DNA of 64,000 nt from an uncultured Acidobacteriota bacterium (GTDB lineage: Bacteria; Acidobacteriota; UBA6911; RPQK01; JAPXNP01): the NCBI GenBank assembly GCA_963777605.1, contig CAVZRV010000007.1:224001-288000 (forward strand), written 5' to 3'. The stretch's first letter is position 1; the number at the start of each line of letters is the position of its first letter. The notes beneath the pieces are model-generated. The model was not told the origin of the DNA, made no database searches, and was given only the letters and a program-made list of their open reading frames with translations. Position numbers and translations under genes: made by a program. Below, piece by piece: positions 27,065 through 36,835 of the stretch.

Positions 27065-27520
27065 TCAGGTGGTCTTGACCAGTTGACTGATCTCCTGCAT
27101 GAATTCATGCACACTTTTGAAGTCGAGATAGACCGATGCAAAGCGGACATAGGCGACCTTGTCGGTCTGGCGCAGGCGCTCCATCACCAGTTCGCCGACC
27201 CGCATCGAAGTGATCTCGCGACTGGGAGAATCCTGGGCCGATCGTTCAATGCTGTCAACCAGGTCTTCCAGTTGCCTAGGAGAGACCGGCCGCTTTTCAC
27301 ACGCTTTCATAATTCCACGGAGCAGCTTGTTTCGATCGAAGGGCTCCCGCTGCCCTCCCTTCTTGACGACCATGAACGGGATTTCGTCGATGTGTTCATA
27401 GGTTGTAAATCGCCGCCCGCACTTCACGCACTCGCGGCGGCGCCTCACGGAAAGCCCATCCCGGCTCTCTCGCGAGTCTACAACCCGATCTTCGTCGTGT
27501 TCACAGAAGGGACACCGCAT
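27065..27520 (-). CDS. nrdR: Transcriptional repressor NrdR
   Basis: MRCPFC..RRRREC..C..RFTTYE, ATP cone, VAYVRFASVY. Confidence 0.97.
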   Translation of the reverse strand: MRCPFCEHDEDRVVDSRESRDGLSVRRRRECVKCGRRFTTYEHIDEIPFMVVKKGGQREPFDRNKLLRGIMKACEKRPVSPRQLEDLVDSIERSAQDSPSREITSMRVGELVMERLRQTDKVAYVRFASVYLDFKSVHEFMQEISQLVKTT

Positions 27521-27652
27521 TTCAACTCCAGGCCGCAATCAGCGACGAAACAAATACCGGGGCTTCTCTAATTTCCATGTAGTTCATACCATAGAATGAG
27601 GTTTGGACAGAACGTCGGAGTCGGCCGCCATGGCAGATGGACTCACTGCCTC

Positions 27653-27680
27653 GAACTTTTCGCAATCAGTTTCCGTTCAT
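27653..27680 (+). promoter_or_regulatory. Candidate autoregulatory ECF promoter of the sigma operon
   Basis: GAACTT-N16-GTTCAT about 40 nt upstream of the sigma start. Confidence 0.55.
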
Positions 27681-27720
27681 TGTTTACGACGGAACGATTA
27701 ACTAGTGAGGAAGAAGCAGA

Positions 27721-28296
27721 TTGCAGCACCCAGATGCCAAGCTAGTTCAACGTTGCGTCGATGGAGACTCCCGAGCGTGGGATGGTCTTCTGAGATCTTA
27801 CAGCGGAAGGCTGCTGAACATGGCATACCGATACACCGGAAATTACTCTGTTGCTGAAGAACTGACCCAGGACATCTTCCTCAAGGTTTTTCAGAACCTT
27901 CCCAGTTTTCGACCCGAGTCCGGTTCGCTTCAGAATTGGGTCATGCGGGTGGGGCGAAACCTGATCATTGATCACTACCGGGCCCACAAGAAAGAGAAGA
28001 ACGTGGCCGGAAGTGAGGAACTCGAAGTGCTCGATTTCGGGGACCAAAGCCGGAGCGCGAGTCCCTTCGAGAGCGTGGCGCAGGGTGAAAAAGCCCGCTT
28101 TCTCCAAGCCGGACTCGAGAGACTCTCCCCTGAACTAAAGGAAGCGGTCATCCTGCGCGACATCGAGGGTTTTGCCTACCTGGAGATCGCCGACATGCTC
28201 GGCATTCCCGAGGGCACGGTTAAGTCGCGAATCAACCGGGGCAGAATCGAACTGGCAAAGGTATTGAAACAGGCGAGGAGCGAACAGGCATCATGA
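27721..28296 (+). CDS. ECF RNA polymerase sigma factor
   Basis: AEELTQDIFLK, W..R...N..ID..R, Y.EIA..L.IPEGTVKSRINRGR; TTG start after GAGG. Confidence 0.95.
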   Translation: MQHPDAKLVQRCVDGDSRAWDGLLRSYSGRLLNMAYRYTGNYSVAEELTQDIFLKVFQNLPSFRPESGSLQNWVMRVGRNLIIDHYRAHKKEKNVAGSEELEVLDFGDQSRSASPFESVAQGEKARFLQAGLERLSPELKEAVILRDIEGFAYLEIADMLGIPEGTVKSRINRGRIELAKVLKQARSEQAS

Positions 28297-28970
28297 ACTG
28301 CGCCCGATTCGAAACACTCCTGTCGGACTACATGGACGGAACACTCGACAGTCGAGTCCGTTCCGCCATGGATCAGCACCGACAGGACTGCTCAGCCTGC
28401 TCCGCCCTCTTTCGGGATGTTGCAAGTCTGAGAAGCGAATTGAGCCGATTCCCGGAAGTGTCTGTCCGTGAAGAGTTGATCGAGCGGATTCTCGTTCGGA
28501 CGACCGGGAAGCCCGAAAAACTCTCATTCTGGTACGGCGTCGTCATGCCCGCGATTCAGCCTTTCCTGACTCAGCGCTATGCCTTTGCGACGTTGATGAT
28601 TTTTGCGTTCATATCGTTCGCCGCCAACGTCATGGGGCCGGGCTTCTCGGCCTCGAGCTATTCCCGCTTCAGCCCGAGTGCCATGATGGCCCGGGCCGAT
28701 GAATTCGGTGGCGAAATCTACAAGACCTGGCGAGAGTTCAACGACCTTAAGAGCCGGGCGCGCGAAGAATTGCGCCTCCTGAAAGAGGACATGATCGGGC
28801 GCCTGGATTATCACCTCGTCACGATCCTTTTTGAAAGCTACGAGGAATCACTCCAACAGCCAGATGCGGAACCGCAGGATCAACCTCCCGGGGTAGAACC
28901 GTCGAAAGATCCGGCAAAGAGCGATGGAGCCCACGATACCAAAGCAAGAGGGGAAGCCAACCATGAATGA
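28293..28970 (+). CDS. zf-HC2 membrane anti-sigma factor
   Basis: MNC...LSDYMDG.L...HRQDCSAC then a TM helix; ATGA overlap with sigma. Confidence 0.9.
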   Translation: MNCARFETLLSDYMDGTLDSRVRSAMDQHRQDCSACSALFRDVASLRSELSRFPEVSVREELIERILVRTTGKPEKLSFWYGVVMPAIQPFLTQRYAFATLMIFAFISFAANVMGPGFSASSYSRFSPSAMMARADEFGGEIYKTWREFNDLKSRAREELRLLKEDMIGRLDYHLVTILFESYEESLQQPDAEPQDQPPGVEPSKDPAKSDGAHDTKARGEANHE

Positions 28971-29514
28971 AGAGCAACGTTCCCAACAAACTGCCCAACC
29001 ACCTCCGCCGCAGCAGTCGCAACAGACGGGATCCTATTCCTATGCGGAGAACCGGTCGGTTCGTGCCGCCCTCTGTGCGCTGGTACCCGGAATCGGTTCA
29101 GTGTACAACCGGGAGTACACGAAAGCCGTCGTTCACTTCGCGGTCTTTGCCGGTCTGGCGATCATCTCGGAGAGCGTCGGAATATTCGGCCTGGCTGCCT
29201 TCTCCTTTTACGTCTTCACCATTATCGATGCCTACCGATCGGCAGAGGTAATCAGTCGGAGAGGTGGCTCTCCGGAGACCGGAAGCGAAACCATGAATTT
29301 TCCCCTTTGGGGCGGGATCCTCATCCTCATGGGTGTGATCTTCCTGCTCGACAACCTCGGGGCAATCCGGATTCGGTCGATCATCGAATTCTGGCCCCTG
29401 ATCCTGGTTTTCATCGGCGGGCACCTGATCTATTCCTACGTGCGGCAAAACGGCGACCGCAAACCTGCGCCGCCAAGTTCAGGACCGGCAAGCAGTTCTG
29501 ACGACAGATTGTAG
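28963..29514 (+). CDS. LiaF/DUF5668-like membrane protein
   Basis: PGIGSVYN..Y.KA, GGILILMGVIFLLDN, FWPLILV. Confidence 0.75.
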   Translation: MNEEQRSQQTAQPPPPQQSQQTGSYSYAENRSVRAALCALVPGIGSVYNREYTKAVVHFAVFAGLAIISESVGIFGLAAFSFYVFTIIDAYRSAEVISRRGGSPETGSETMNFPLWGGILILMGVIFLLDNLGAIRIRSIIEFWPLILVFIGGHLIYSYVRQNGDRKPAPPSSGPASSSDDRL

Positions 29515-29550
29515 TGTGAAGAACCGGAGTCACGAGAGGAGGACAGGTCG

Positions 29551-31320
29551 ATGTCGGCAAGGAAAACGAAAAGCTTGATCGCAGGGCTGCTCCTGGTAGT
29601 TGCCGGCGGCCTGTTTCTGGCAGTGAACCTGACCGCATTCAGAATTGACTGGTGGCTCGTTACCAAGACGATGTTTCCGGTTCTCTTCATCCTGGGCGGC
29701 GGGATCAAGCTCTGGCGATACGTGACCTGGCCGGAAGAGAGAACCCTGCAGTCGCCGGCATCGGCCAGCCTGCTGAGCGGACTGTTCTGGTTCTCTCTCG
29801 GTGCAGTGCTGCTGCTCGACATATTCGGAGTCCTCGATACGCTGGTCTTCGTCGGACTCTACTGGCCCGTAATCATCATCCTCTTCGGGCTCGGAAAGAT
29901 CCTGGACTACTACCGGTTCAAGGGAGGACTGCGGGTCCGGCCGGCCGAGATCTTCGGGATTGTCTTCGTTATCGTCTTCGGGATTGCCGCCAACCGGCTC
30001 TCCAAGGCCCACTTCCCCCCCTTCGAGGAACTCACGTGGGGCGAACTCTCTCTTCCCATACCGGCCGAGTTGGAGAAGAACAAATTCGAATTTGCCGCCG
30101 ATCAGACCGCTCCTTTGGAAAATGCTGCCGAGCTTCGCGTCCACAACCTTTACGGGGACATCGAGGTCTCCCGCGGCGACTCCAACGATGTTGCAATCAA
30201 GTTGACCAAGACGGTCAGGGCGGATACCCGGGCCGAAGCTGAAGAGACGGCATCCGCCATTCGGATCACAACCCGCACCGAGGAGGGCTATTTCCTGGTG
30301 GGTACCAACCGGGAAGAACTCGGACAGAAAGGGAAAAACCTCTCGACTCACTTTCGAATTACGGTGCCGGCTTCGCTGCCTGTCGTGATCGAGAACAGTT
30401 TTGGAGACGTGAAGATCACGGGTCGAGAGGCTCCCTGTAAGGTGACCAACTCCTACGGTCGGATCGATGTCGAGGATATCCGGGGAGACCTTCGCCTGGA
30501 GACCCGATACCAGGAAATATCGGTTCAAAAGGTGGAAGGGGACGTAACGGCTCAAAACCGTCGCGCCCCGGTTCGCCTGAACGAGATTAGCGGCTCAGTG
30601 GATGCCCGCACCGACTACGATGAGATTAGAGCTCAGGAAATCGGCGGGAAACTGACAGTGACGAATCATTTCGGCTCAATCAACCTGGCCGACCTGGCCG
30701 GTCCCGTTGAAATCGACGGGACCGGCTCCAAGGTGTCAATATCCCGGGCCCACCAGACCGTTGCGATCCAGAACTCGCACAGGGACGTCAAGCTGGATCA
30801 AATCGACGGGAACCTCCTCATTGAGACTTCCTACTCCAAAGTCGATCTGAAACGAACTCTCGGCGAAGTGGATCTCAAGGTGGTCCACTCGGAAGTGACC
30901 GCACGAGATCTTGGTGACGGCATAAAGATTCAGGGGCGCGGGTCGCAGATCGCACTCAAGGACGTCCGCGGGAAGATCGGGATCGAAACATCGCTGCGCC
31001 GGGTTTCAATCGAGGGTTTCGAAGGGCCTGTGACAATTCAGAACGAATATGGAGAAGTCAACCTGGGCACGAACGAAAACCTGGCAGGTCCGGTGAAGAT
31101 CAGCAACCGGAACGGCGCAATCGTCCTTTCACTGCCTGAAACGGTAGCTTTCCGACTGTCGGCCCAATCGGTCGGCGGTCAAATCAATTCCGATTTCAAC
31201 CCGACTCCGGAGGCTCCTGAGGGGGGCACTGCCGTCCTGGAGGCTTCGGTCGGAACGGGAGGCCCCGCGGTTGAACTTCAGACCACCTATTCCCGTATTC
31301 AGATAGTGAAGCGAGGTTAG
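29551..31320 (+). CDS. LiaF-like TM domain + DUF4097 beta-strand repeat protein
   Basis: N-terminal TMs with YWPVIII; repeated N-x-x-G-x-I/V beta repeats. Confidence 0.82.
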   Translation: MSARKTKSLIAGLLLVVAGGLFLAVNLTAFRIDWWLVTKTMFPVLFILGGGIKLWRYVTWPEERTLQSPASASLLSGLFWFSLGAVLLLDIFGVLDTLVFVGLYWPVIIILFGLGKILDYYRFKGGLRVRPAEIFGIVFVIVFGIAANRLSKAHFPPFEELTWGELSLPIPAELEKNKFEFAADQTAPLENAAELRVHNLYGDIEVSRGDSNDVAIKLTKTVRADTRAEAEETASAIRITTRTEEGYFLVGTNREELGQKGKNLSTHFRITVPASLPVVIENSFGDVKITGREAPCKVTNSYGRIDVEDIRGDLRLETRYQEISVQKVEGDVTAQNRRAPVRLNEISGSVDARTDYDEIRAQEIGGKLTVTNHFGSINLADLAGPVEIDGTGSKVSISRAHQTVAIQNSHRDVKLDQIDGNLLIETSYSKVDLKRTLGEVDLKVVHSEVTARDLGDGIKIQGRGSQIALKDVRGKIGIETSLRRVSIEGFEGPVTIQNEYGEVNLGTNENLAGPVKISNRNGAIVLSLPETVAFRLSAQSVGGQINSDFNPTPEAPEGGTAVLEASVGTGGPAVELQTTYSRIQIVKRG

Positions 31321-31323
31321 GTT

Positions 31324-32187
31324 ATGAGATTACAGCTTGCAGCGGTTCTACTATTCTGTTCGACCTCGGCCTGCGTCTTTCCCATCGAGAACTGGGTCGG
31401 CGACGCGAACTACGTCGACACCGCAAGGGAAGAGCCCCGTGGGACCGAGACAGAGTTGGCGGCGCGAGTCAGCCTGAAAGTCGGTGAACTCCAGGTTGAA
31501 CCTGGAAGCCCGGACAAGATCTACGAGGCCGAATTCCATTACAACGACCTGGCATTCAAACCGGACGTCTCTTTTGAACGACAAGACGGTGGCCGAGCCG
31601 ATCTTTCCGTCTCGCTTGAAGGGGAGTCCCACTCCTTTGGCAGCGCCGAGAACAACTCCATCCGGCTGCGGCTCAACCCGGAAGTGCCTCTCGATCTGCA
31701 ACTCAATGCCGGGGTAGGTTCGAGTACCGTTGACTTGAGTGGAATGCACGTGGCCCGGGTTGAGATTCAGAGCGGAGTCGGAGAGACCCGGTTGCACATG
31801 CTCGAACCGAACCGTTCCGATTGCAAGCTGGTCGAGATTTCCAGCGGTGTCGGGGAATTTTCCCTGACCGGTCTCGGCAACTTCGGGTTCGACGAGTTTC
31901 GGCTCCGCGGAGGAGTCGGCGAGTCCGACCTTGATTTATCGGGAGACTGGTCGAAGGTAGGTGAAGTCGAGATCGAGGTCGGCGTTGGAGAGATCGACGT
32001 TCAACTTCCCCGGGACATGGGTTTCGAAATTCGCGTCAACCAGGGTTTCTTCTCGGACCTGACTGTGCCCGATGGATTCACCAAGGAAGGTGACACCTAC
32101 TACAGCGACAACCGGGATCGAGTGGATAAGCTATTGAAAATCCGGGTGAGAGCAGGCATCGGAGGAGTCAAGTTCAGCTGGATGTAA
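31324..32187 (+). CDS. Lipoprotein with toast-rack (DUF2807/DUF4097-like) repeats
   Basis: TSAC lipobox-like; repeated GVGE motifs. Confidence 0.7.
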   Translation: MRLQLAAVLLFCSTSACVFPIENWVGDANYVDTAREEPRGTETELAARVSLKVGELQVEPGSPDKIYEAEFHYNDLAFKPDVSFERQDGGRADLSVSLEGESHSFGSAENNSIRLRLNPEVPLDLQLNAGVGSSTVDLSGMHVARVEIQSGVGETRLHMLEPNRSDCKLVEISSGVGEFSLTGLGNFGFDEFRLRGGVGESDLDLSGDWSKVGEVEIEVGVGEIDVQLPRDMGFEIRVNQGFFSDLTVPDGFTKEGDTYYSDNRDRVDKLLKIRVRAGIGGVKFSWM

Positions 32188-32761
32188 GCACCTGTTCAAC
32201 GAGCCGGGCGATTCTTTCCGAAAGCGCCCCGAGATTCCGGTTGAACTGGCGCAGGAAAGCCAGCATCCCCGAATCGGCGGTATCCGAGACCACCTTGGGA
32301 GCCAAACAGGGAACCTGGTAGCTTTCACTGATCATCATCGCAGCGGCGCTTTCCATGTCACAGATCCGGGCACCGGTACGCTCGAAGAGCCGCAGTCTTT
32401 GATCCGCTTTCACGACCGGCCTCCGCACGGTGACCCCGGTCCCTTCGATCGTCCAGCCGGTGTCGAGGAGTTTCCCGGCAAGGTCCTCGGGAACAACATA
32501 CTCACGGCCTTCCTCGAAACGCCAGGCTCGCGGGAACACGAAGTCTCCCAAATTCAGGGCCGGGTCGAGTTGACCCGCCATCCCGGTGAAAATCAGGAGG
32601 TCTGGTTTCCGTCGTTCGAACACCTCCTCCAGCGTCCGCAACGTCCGGTCGGTGCCAAGTCCCGTGGTCAACAGCTGGATTTGGCCGCCGATCCTGTCCC
32701 GGAGACCGCGGGTCTCCTTTTTCAATGCGCAGGCAACCAGAATTGTGGGCGGGGTCAGCAT
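32174..32761 (-). CDS. Nucleoside phosphorylase family (PNP_UDP_1; MtnN/HpnG-like)
   Basis: TGLG, TGMAG, DMESAA, KVVSD. Confidence 0.85.
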   Translation of the reverse strand: MLTPPTILVACALKKETRGLRDRIGGQIQLLTTGLGTDRTLRTLEEVFERRKPDLLIFTGMAGQLDPALNLGDFVFPRAWRFEEGREYVVPEDLAGKLLDTGWTIEGTGVTVRRPVVKADQRLRLFERTGARICDMESAAAMMISESYQVPCLAPKVVSDTADSGMLAFLRQFNRNLGALSERIARLVEQVLTSS

Positions 32762-32830
32762 GACACGGGAGACTACCACACAAGAGCCCTGTCACGGTTT
32801 TGTGACGGAGGGCCGTCCATCGATGGGCCT

Positions 32831-32859
32831 TTGACAATTGAGCGGGTTCCGCTTAGACT
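32831..32859 (+). promoter_or_regulatory. Sigma-70 promoter
   Basis: TTGACA-N17-TAGACT ending 10 nt before ATG 32870. Confidence 0.75.
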
Positions 32860-32869
32860 TCCGAAAACG

Positions 32870-33925
32870 ATGACGCCACCGGCTTCCGAGCAGACTCTGG
32901 AACTGCAACCTCAGTCGCGGCTGGACGTGATCAACATTTCCCGCCGGCTTGGGGATTCTCTGTCCGCATATCCGAAGGCGCTCTACTACTCTTATCACAC
33001 GACCGCCGGATACCTGGATCCTCGCATCTGCGCCCGGCTCAAACATGACTCCGCCAACGTTCAGGCATTTCTGGAGTCATTTCAGACGCTGTTTCCCGAA
33101 GGAGCTGGATACCGCCACGACGACCTGGAGCACCGCGAAGAACTCACCGAGGAACAGAAGAAGGGCGAACCGCGCAATGCCGACGCCCACCTTACCTTCA
33201 TCGGGTCGGGATTGAGCAACTGTGTCACCTATCGGAATGATCCGGGAGTCCCAGTCTTCTTCATCGACCTCGACGGTGTCAACGGTTCCGTTCCCCGCGT
33301 CCGGCAGACTACAATTATCGGGTTCAGTCGAGAGGAATCCGCCGGCCACGTCCGCTTCGAGATCCCCGTCTCACGCCACCCGGTTGACTCGGTCAACCTG
33401 AAGAACCGGCAGTTAGGTTTCTTCGAGGCACTCGACGCGCACATTCGGGCCGAAGGTATCACGAGGGGCCGGATCGACATTTTTCTCGACCGGGAAGAGA
33501 TGAATGCGGGCCTGACCGTCAACGAATATGAGACCTTCTTGATGAGGAACGACCTCGCCGAGGTTCTTCGATACCCGTTCCGCTACATGGCGGATCGCGG
33601 ACGCCACATGATCTCCGATCCCAAGGCCATCCCGAGCAAGGCGAAGGGCTATGCCAAGTATGACTTCGTTCAGGTCCTGAACGAGTTCTTTGATGCAGTC
33701 GGGCTGAGCGAGACACTCTTTGAGCGGGTCGTCCACCGTTTTCTGGCGGTTCCGGCCTCCCGGTTTCTCCGCGTGAAACGGTCTGTGAGTTTGCTGATCA
33801 ATGATTGCGGCGACGGGCGAAGTCCTATCGTCGGCGGACAATATCAAAGTCCGATTCTGGTGCAATGGCGCCGGACGGAGAGTCATTGCCGGCACATGCG
33901 CGCCAACCTGATCCGGTTCGAGTAG
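32870..33925 (+). CDS. Hypothetical protein with two YjbQ/UPF0047-like halves
   Basis: HTTAG, Y.HD, RNADAHL in the first half; NAGLTVNEYE in the second; start moved to ATG 32870. Confidence 0.7.
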   Translation: MTPPASEQTLELQPQSRLDVINISRRLGDSLSAYPKALYYSYHTTAGYLDPRICARLKHDSANVQAFLESFQTLFPEGAGYRHDDLEHREELTEEQKKGEPRNADAHLTFIGSGLSNCVTYRNDPGVPVFFIDLDGVNGSVPRVRQTTIIGFSREESAGHVRFEIPVSRHPVDSVNLKNRQLGFFEALDAHIRAEGITRGRIDIFLDREEMNAGLTVNEYETFLMRNDLAEVLRYPFRYMADRGRHMISDPKAIPSKAKGYAKYDFVQVLNEFFDAVGLSETLFERVVHRFLAVPASRFLRVKRSVSLLINDCGDGRSPIVGGQYQSPILVQWRRTESHCRHMRANLIRFE

Positions 33926-33935
33926 AGCGACCCGA

Positions 33936-34877
33936 TCAGAAGTCGTCCGGCTGACTCAATCCCAGAGCTTTCCCCTGCCACGAATTCCGTCGTTCAAGTT
34001 CCTGATGGATCATCGCGTGAATCTCGGCCCCAGTTGCATTCCAGACGGGAGCCAACTGGAACGCTTCGGGGGTCCATCCGAAAAGGCGCTGAATCACGAT
34101 CCGGGGATCCAGCTGCTCGAGGACATCACAGACAACCTCGACCCAGCCGCTCAAGGTGAAGAGGGGAAAAGAATTTCGGACATATTCCTCTGCCAACCGG
34201 GTCCCCTTTGCCAGGTGAAGGTGATGGATCTTGACAAAATCGACACCCAGCCGGTTGAGAAACGGCGGGTACTGCATCCACTCATCCTTCCCCTCACCCG
34301 GGAGGCCCAGTATGAAGTGGCTGCATATTTCGAAACCAAACGCTTTCGCCCGGCCCACGGCATCCTGGTAACAGGCCACGTCGTGCCCCCGGTTCAAACG
34401 TTGAAGGGTTTCGTCGAAAATCGACTCGAGTCCGATCTCGAGGCAGACGTACTTCGCGCCTGCTACCTGGCGGATCATCGCCAGGGTTTCATCGGGAAGG
34501 CAGTCCGGCCTGGTGCCGATGGCAAGGCCCAGGATCCGTGAGTCGGCGGCAAGGGACCGCCTGAAAAGCGGTTCAAGAACCTCTGGCGAGGCATGAGTGT
34601 TTGTGTAGTTTTGCCAATAGACCAGGAACCGATCCGCGGCAAATCGGCGTTCCAGGAAGCGGATCCCCTCCGTCACCTGCTCCTCAATCGGCTTCCGGGG
34701 GGCCGTGCCGACGGCCCGAAAACTCTCGTTGTTGCAATAGCTGCAGCCCCCCCGGGCCACGGTCCCGTCCCGGTTCGGACAGGTAAACCCTCCGTCCACT
34801 GACACCTTGTGCACGCGCGCCCCGAAGCGGCGCTTCAGCCAGGGTCCGTAGCGGCGAAAACGGGCGTTGTCTTCCAC
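33936..34877 (-). CDS. TIGR01212 (YhcC-like) radical SAM protein
   Basis: GFTCPNRDG..GGCSYC, GTRPDC, LNRGH, VKIH.LH, VIQRL. Confidence 0.93.
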   Translation of the reverse strand: MEDNARFRRYGPWLKRRFGARVHKVSVDGGFTCPNRDGTVARGGCSYCNNESFRAVGTAPRKPIEEQVTEGIRFLERRFAADRFLVYWQNYTNTHASPEVLEPLFRRSLAADSRILGLAIGTRPDCLPDETLAMIRQVAGAKYVCLEIGLESIFDETLQRLNRGHDVACYQDAVGRAKAFGFEICSHFILGLPGEGKDEWMQYPPFLNRLGVDFVKIHHLHLAKGTRLAEEYVRNSFPLFTLSGWVEVVCDVLEQLDPRIVIQRLFGWTPEAFQLAPVWNATGAEIHAMIHQELERRNSWQGKALGLSQPDDF

Positions 34878-34881
34878 GATC

Positions 34882-35628
34882 TCAGCTCTCTCCGTTCCCA
34901 GCCATCGGCGGATTGAGATAGAGAAAATACTCCCGGTTTCCTTTTTGCCCGGCCACCGGGGAAAGGAAGGTTCCCCGGCAAACGAATCCTTCCGACTCGG
35001 CGAACCGGCGCACCCGCATCAAGATCTCTTCCCTCAGGCCAGGGTCGGTGATCAGGCCCCCTCTTTCAACCTCCGCCGGTTCCGCTTCGAACTGGGGCTT
35101 GACCAGGAGAAGGCAGTCTGCACCAGCGAATTCCCGTAACCGGGGGAGGATCAGGCGAAGTGAAATAAAGGACAAATCAGCTACGATCAGGTCAACCGGG
35201 CCGTCGACATCGGAAGGTCGGATGAATCGCGCGTTGAACCCTTCTCGCACCTCGACACGAGGGTCGTTCCTCAAGCCCCAGTCGAGCTGCCCCTTCCCGA
35301 CATCGAAGGCAAATACACGCCGGGCGCCATGCTTTAGGAGGCAGTCCGTGAAACCTCCCGTCGAGCAACCAAGATCGACGCAATTCATCTCCCGAGGCTC
35401 GATCCGAAAATGCCGCAGCGCGGGCTCGAGCTTCCGCCCGCCCCGGGAAACATAAGAGGCTGGGGCGCGGACCGTGACACGGACATCATCCTTTACCAGC
35501 GTACCGGGCTTGGGATCGGGGCAATCCTCAACCTCTACTCTCCCGGAAAGCAAGAGAGCCACCGCTTCGCGCCCGTCTCGGGCCAGGTGGCGCTGGATCA
35601 GGACATTGTCGAGCCTCTTTCGGGCCAT
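34882..35628 (-). CDS. tlyA: TlyA-family RNA methyltransferase
   Basis: S4 domain RLD, YVSRGG.KL, DLGCSTGGFT, DLSFISL, KPQFE, GNREY. Confidence 0.93.
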   Translation of the reverse strand: MARKRLDNVLIQRHLARDGREAVALLLSGRVEVEDCPDPKPGTLVKDDVRVTVRAPASYVSRGGRKLEPALRHFRIEPREMNCVDLGCSTGGFTDCLLKHGARRVFAFDVGKGQLDWGLRNDPRVEVREGFNARFIRPSDVDGPVDLIVADLSFISLRLILPRLREFAGADCLLLVKPQFEAEPAEVERGGLITDPGLREEILMRVRRFAESEGFVCRGTFLSPVAGQKGNREYFLYLNPPMAGNGES

Positions 35629-35631
35629 AGT

Positions 35632-36552
35632 TCAAAACCGGCGGGATGCGATGAAGCGGGCCAGCTCCGCCAGTGGACTCGCAGCTCCCCCCAATATGGC
35701 AAGGCTCTCGAGCGCCTCCGAAACCAAACGATCGACTTCTTCACGGCTCTTTGCCAAGCCAAAGAAAGCCGGGTAGGTCGCTTTCTGATCAGCCCGGTCT
35801 TTTCCCGGCGTCTTTCCCAGTTCCTCAGAACTGGCCACGATGTCCAGAATGTCGTCGACGATCTGGAAAGCCAGCCCAACCTTGAACCCGTACTGTTCGA
35901 GGGCCCAGAGACGGTCTCCCCGCACCCCGCAGAGGACGCCCGCACAGGAAACCGAAGCGGCGATGAGGGCTCCCGTTTTCGAGGAGTGGATGAATTCGAG
36001 CTCCTCCCGGGAAAACGAAGAGCCTTGTGTGGTCAGGTCCACCACCTGTCCGGCAATCACCCCCTGCTCGGTTCCGATGGCACGGCAAAGGCGGGCAATT
36101 ACCTCCAGACGAGTCTCAGCGTCCACTTCCTCGTTTCCTTCCGCCTCCGCCAGGACCTGGAAAGCACGATTCATCAGCCCGTTCCCGGCCAGGATTGCAA
36201 TTGCTTCCCCGAATTTCCGGTGACAGGTCAGATGACCTCGACGGTAGTCGTCATCATCCATCGCCGGGAGGTCGTCGTGAATCAGGCTGTAGGTGTGGAT
36301 CATCTCCAGGGCACAGGCGAATTTCATCACCCGATTCACCAGGGCGCCCACCGTCTCGGCAGTGGCCAGAGCAAGAATCGGACGAATTCTCTTCCCTCCG
36401 GCAAAAAGGCTGTAGCGCATGGCCTCGTGAATCAGGCTGGGGTGGCGCTCGGCGGCAGGGATCAGGCGAGCCAGGCACTCGTCCACGAGCGCCTTTTGCT
36501 CGGAGAGATAGCCTTCGATGTCGAATCCGGATTGAGAAGTCCGGTTACTCAC
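35632..36552 (-). CDS. ispA: Farnesyl/geranyl diphosphate synthase
   Basis: GGKRIRP, HDDLPAMD...RRG, KTGALI, FQIVDDILD, KATYP; GTG start overlaps xseB stop. Confidence 0.93.
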   Translation of the reverse strand: MSNRTSQSGFDIEGYLSEQKALVDECLARLIPAAERHPSLIHEAMRYSLFAGGKRIRPILALATAETVGALVNRVMKFACALEMIHTYSLIHDDLPAMDDDDYRRGHLTCHRKFGEAIAILAGNGLMNRAFQVLAEAEGNEEVDAETRLEVIARLCRAIGTEQGVIAGQVVDLTTQGSSFSREELEFIHSSKTGALIAASVSCAGVLCGVRGDRLWALEQYGFKVGLAFQIVDDILDIVASSEELGKTPGKDRADQKATYPAFFGLAKSREEVDRLVSEALESLAILGGAASPLAELARFIASRRF

Positions 36553-36835
36553 TTTCGCCCTCGCCATCAACGGTCGAATTGAAAGGGGCCTCCGACAGTT
36601 CGCCCGCTTCATTCTTGACCAGAATCTCGACCCGCCGCTGGGCGTCGTCGAGCTTCTTGCCGCAAAACCGGGATAAGGTCATCCCCTCCTCGAAGAGACG
36701 AACGGCTTCCTCGAGAGCGAGTTCCCCCGACTCCAGACGGCTGACGATACCTTCGAGACGGGACAGGGCTTCCTCGAAATCTTTCAGTTCAGTCTTCTTT
36801 TCGGGCTCGGAACTGCCCGTTAACGACTCTGACAT
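36545..36835 (-). CDS. xseB: Exodeoxyribonuclease VII small subunit
   Basis: FEEAL.RLE.IV..LE.GEL.LEEA...FEEG..L...C. Confidence 0.95.
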   Translation of the reverse strand: MSESLTGSSEPEKKTELKDFEEALSRLEGIVSRLESGELALEEAVRLFEEGMTLSRFCGKKLDDAQRRVEILVKNEAGELSEAPFNSTVDGEGESE

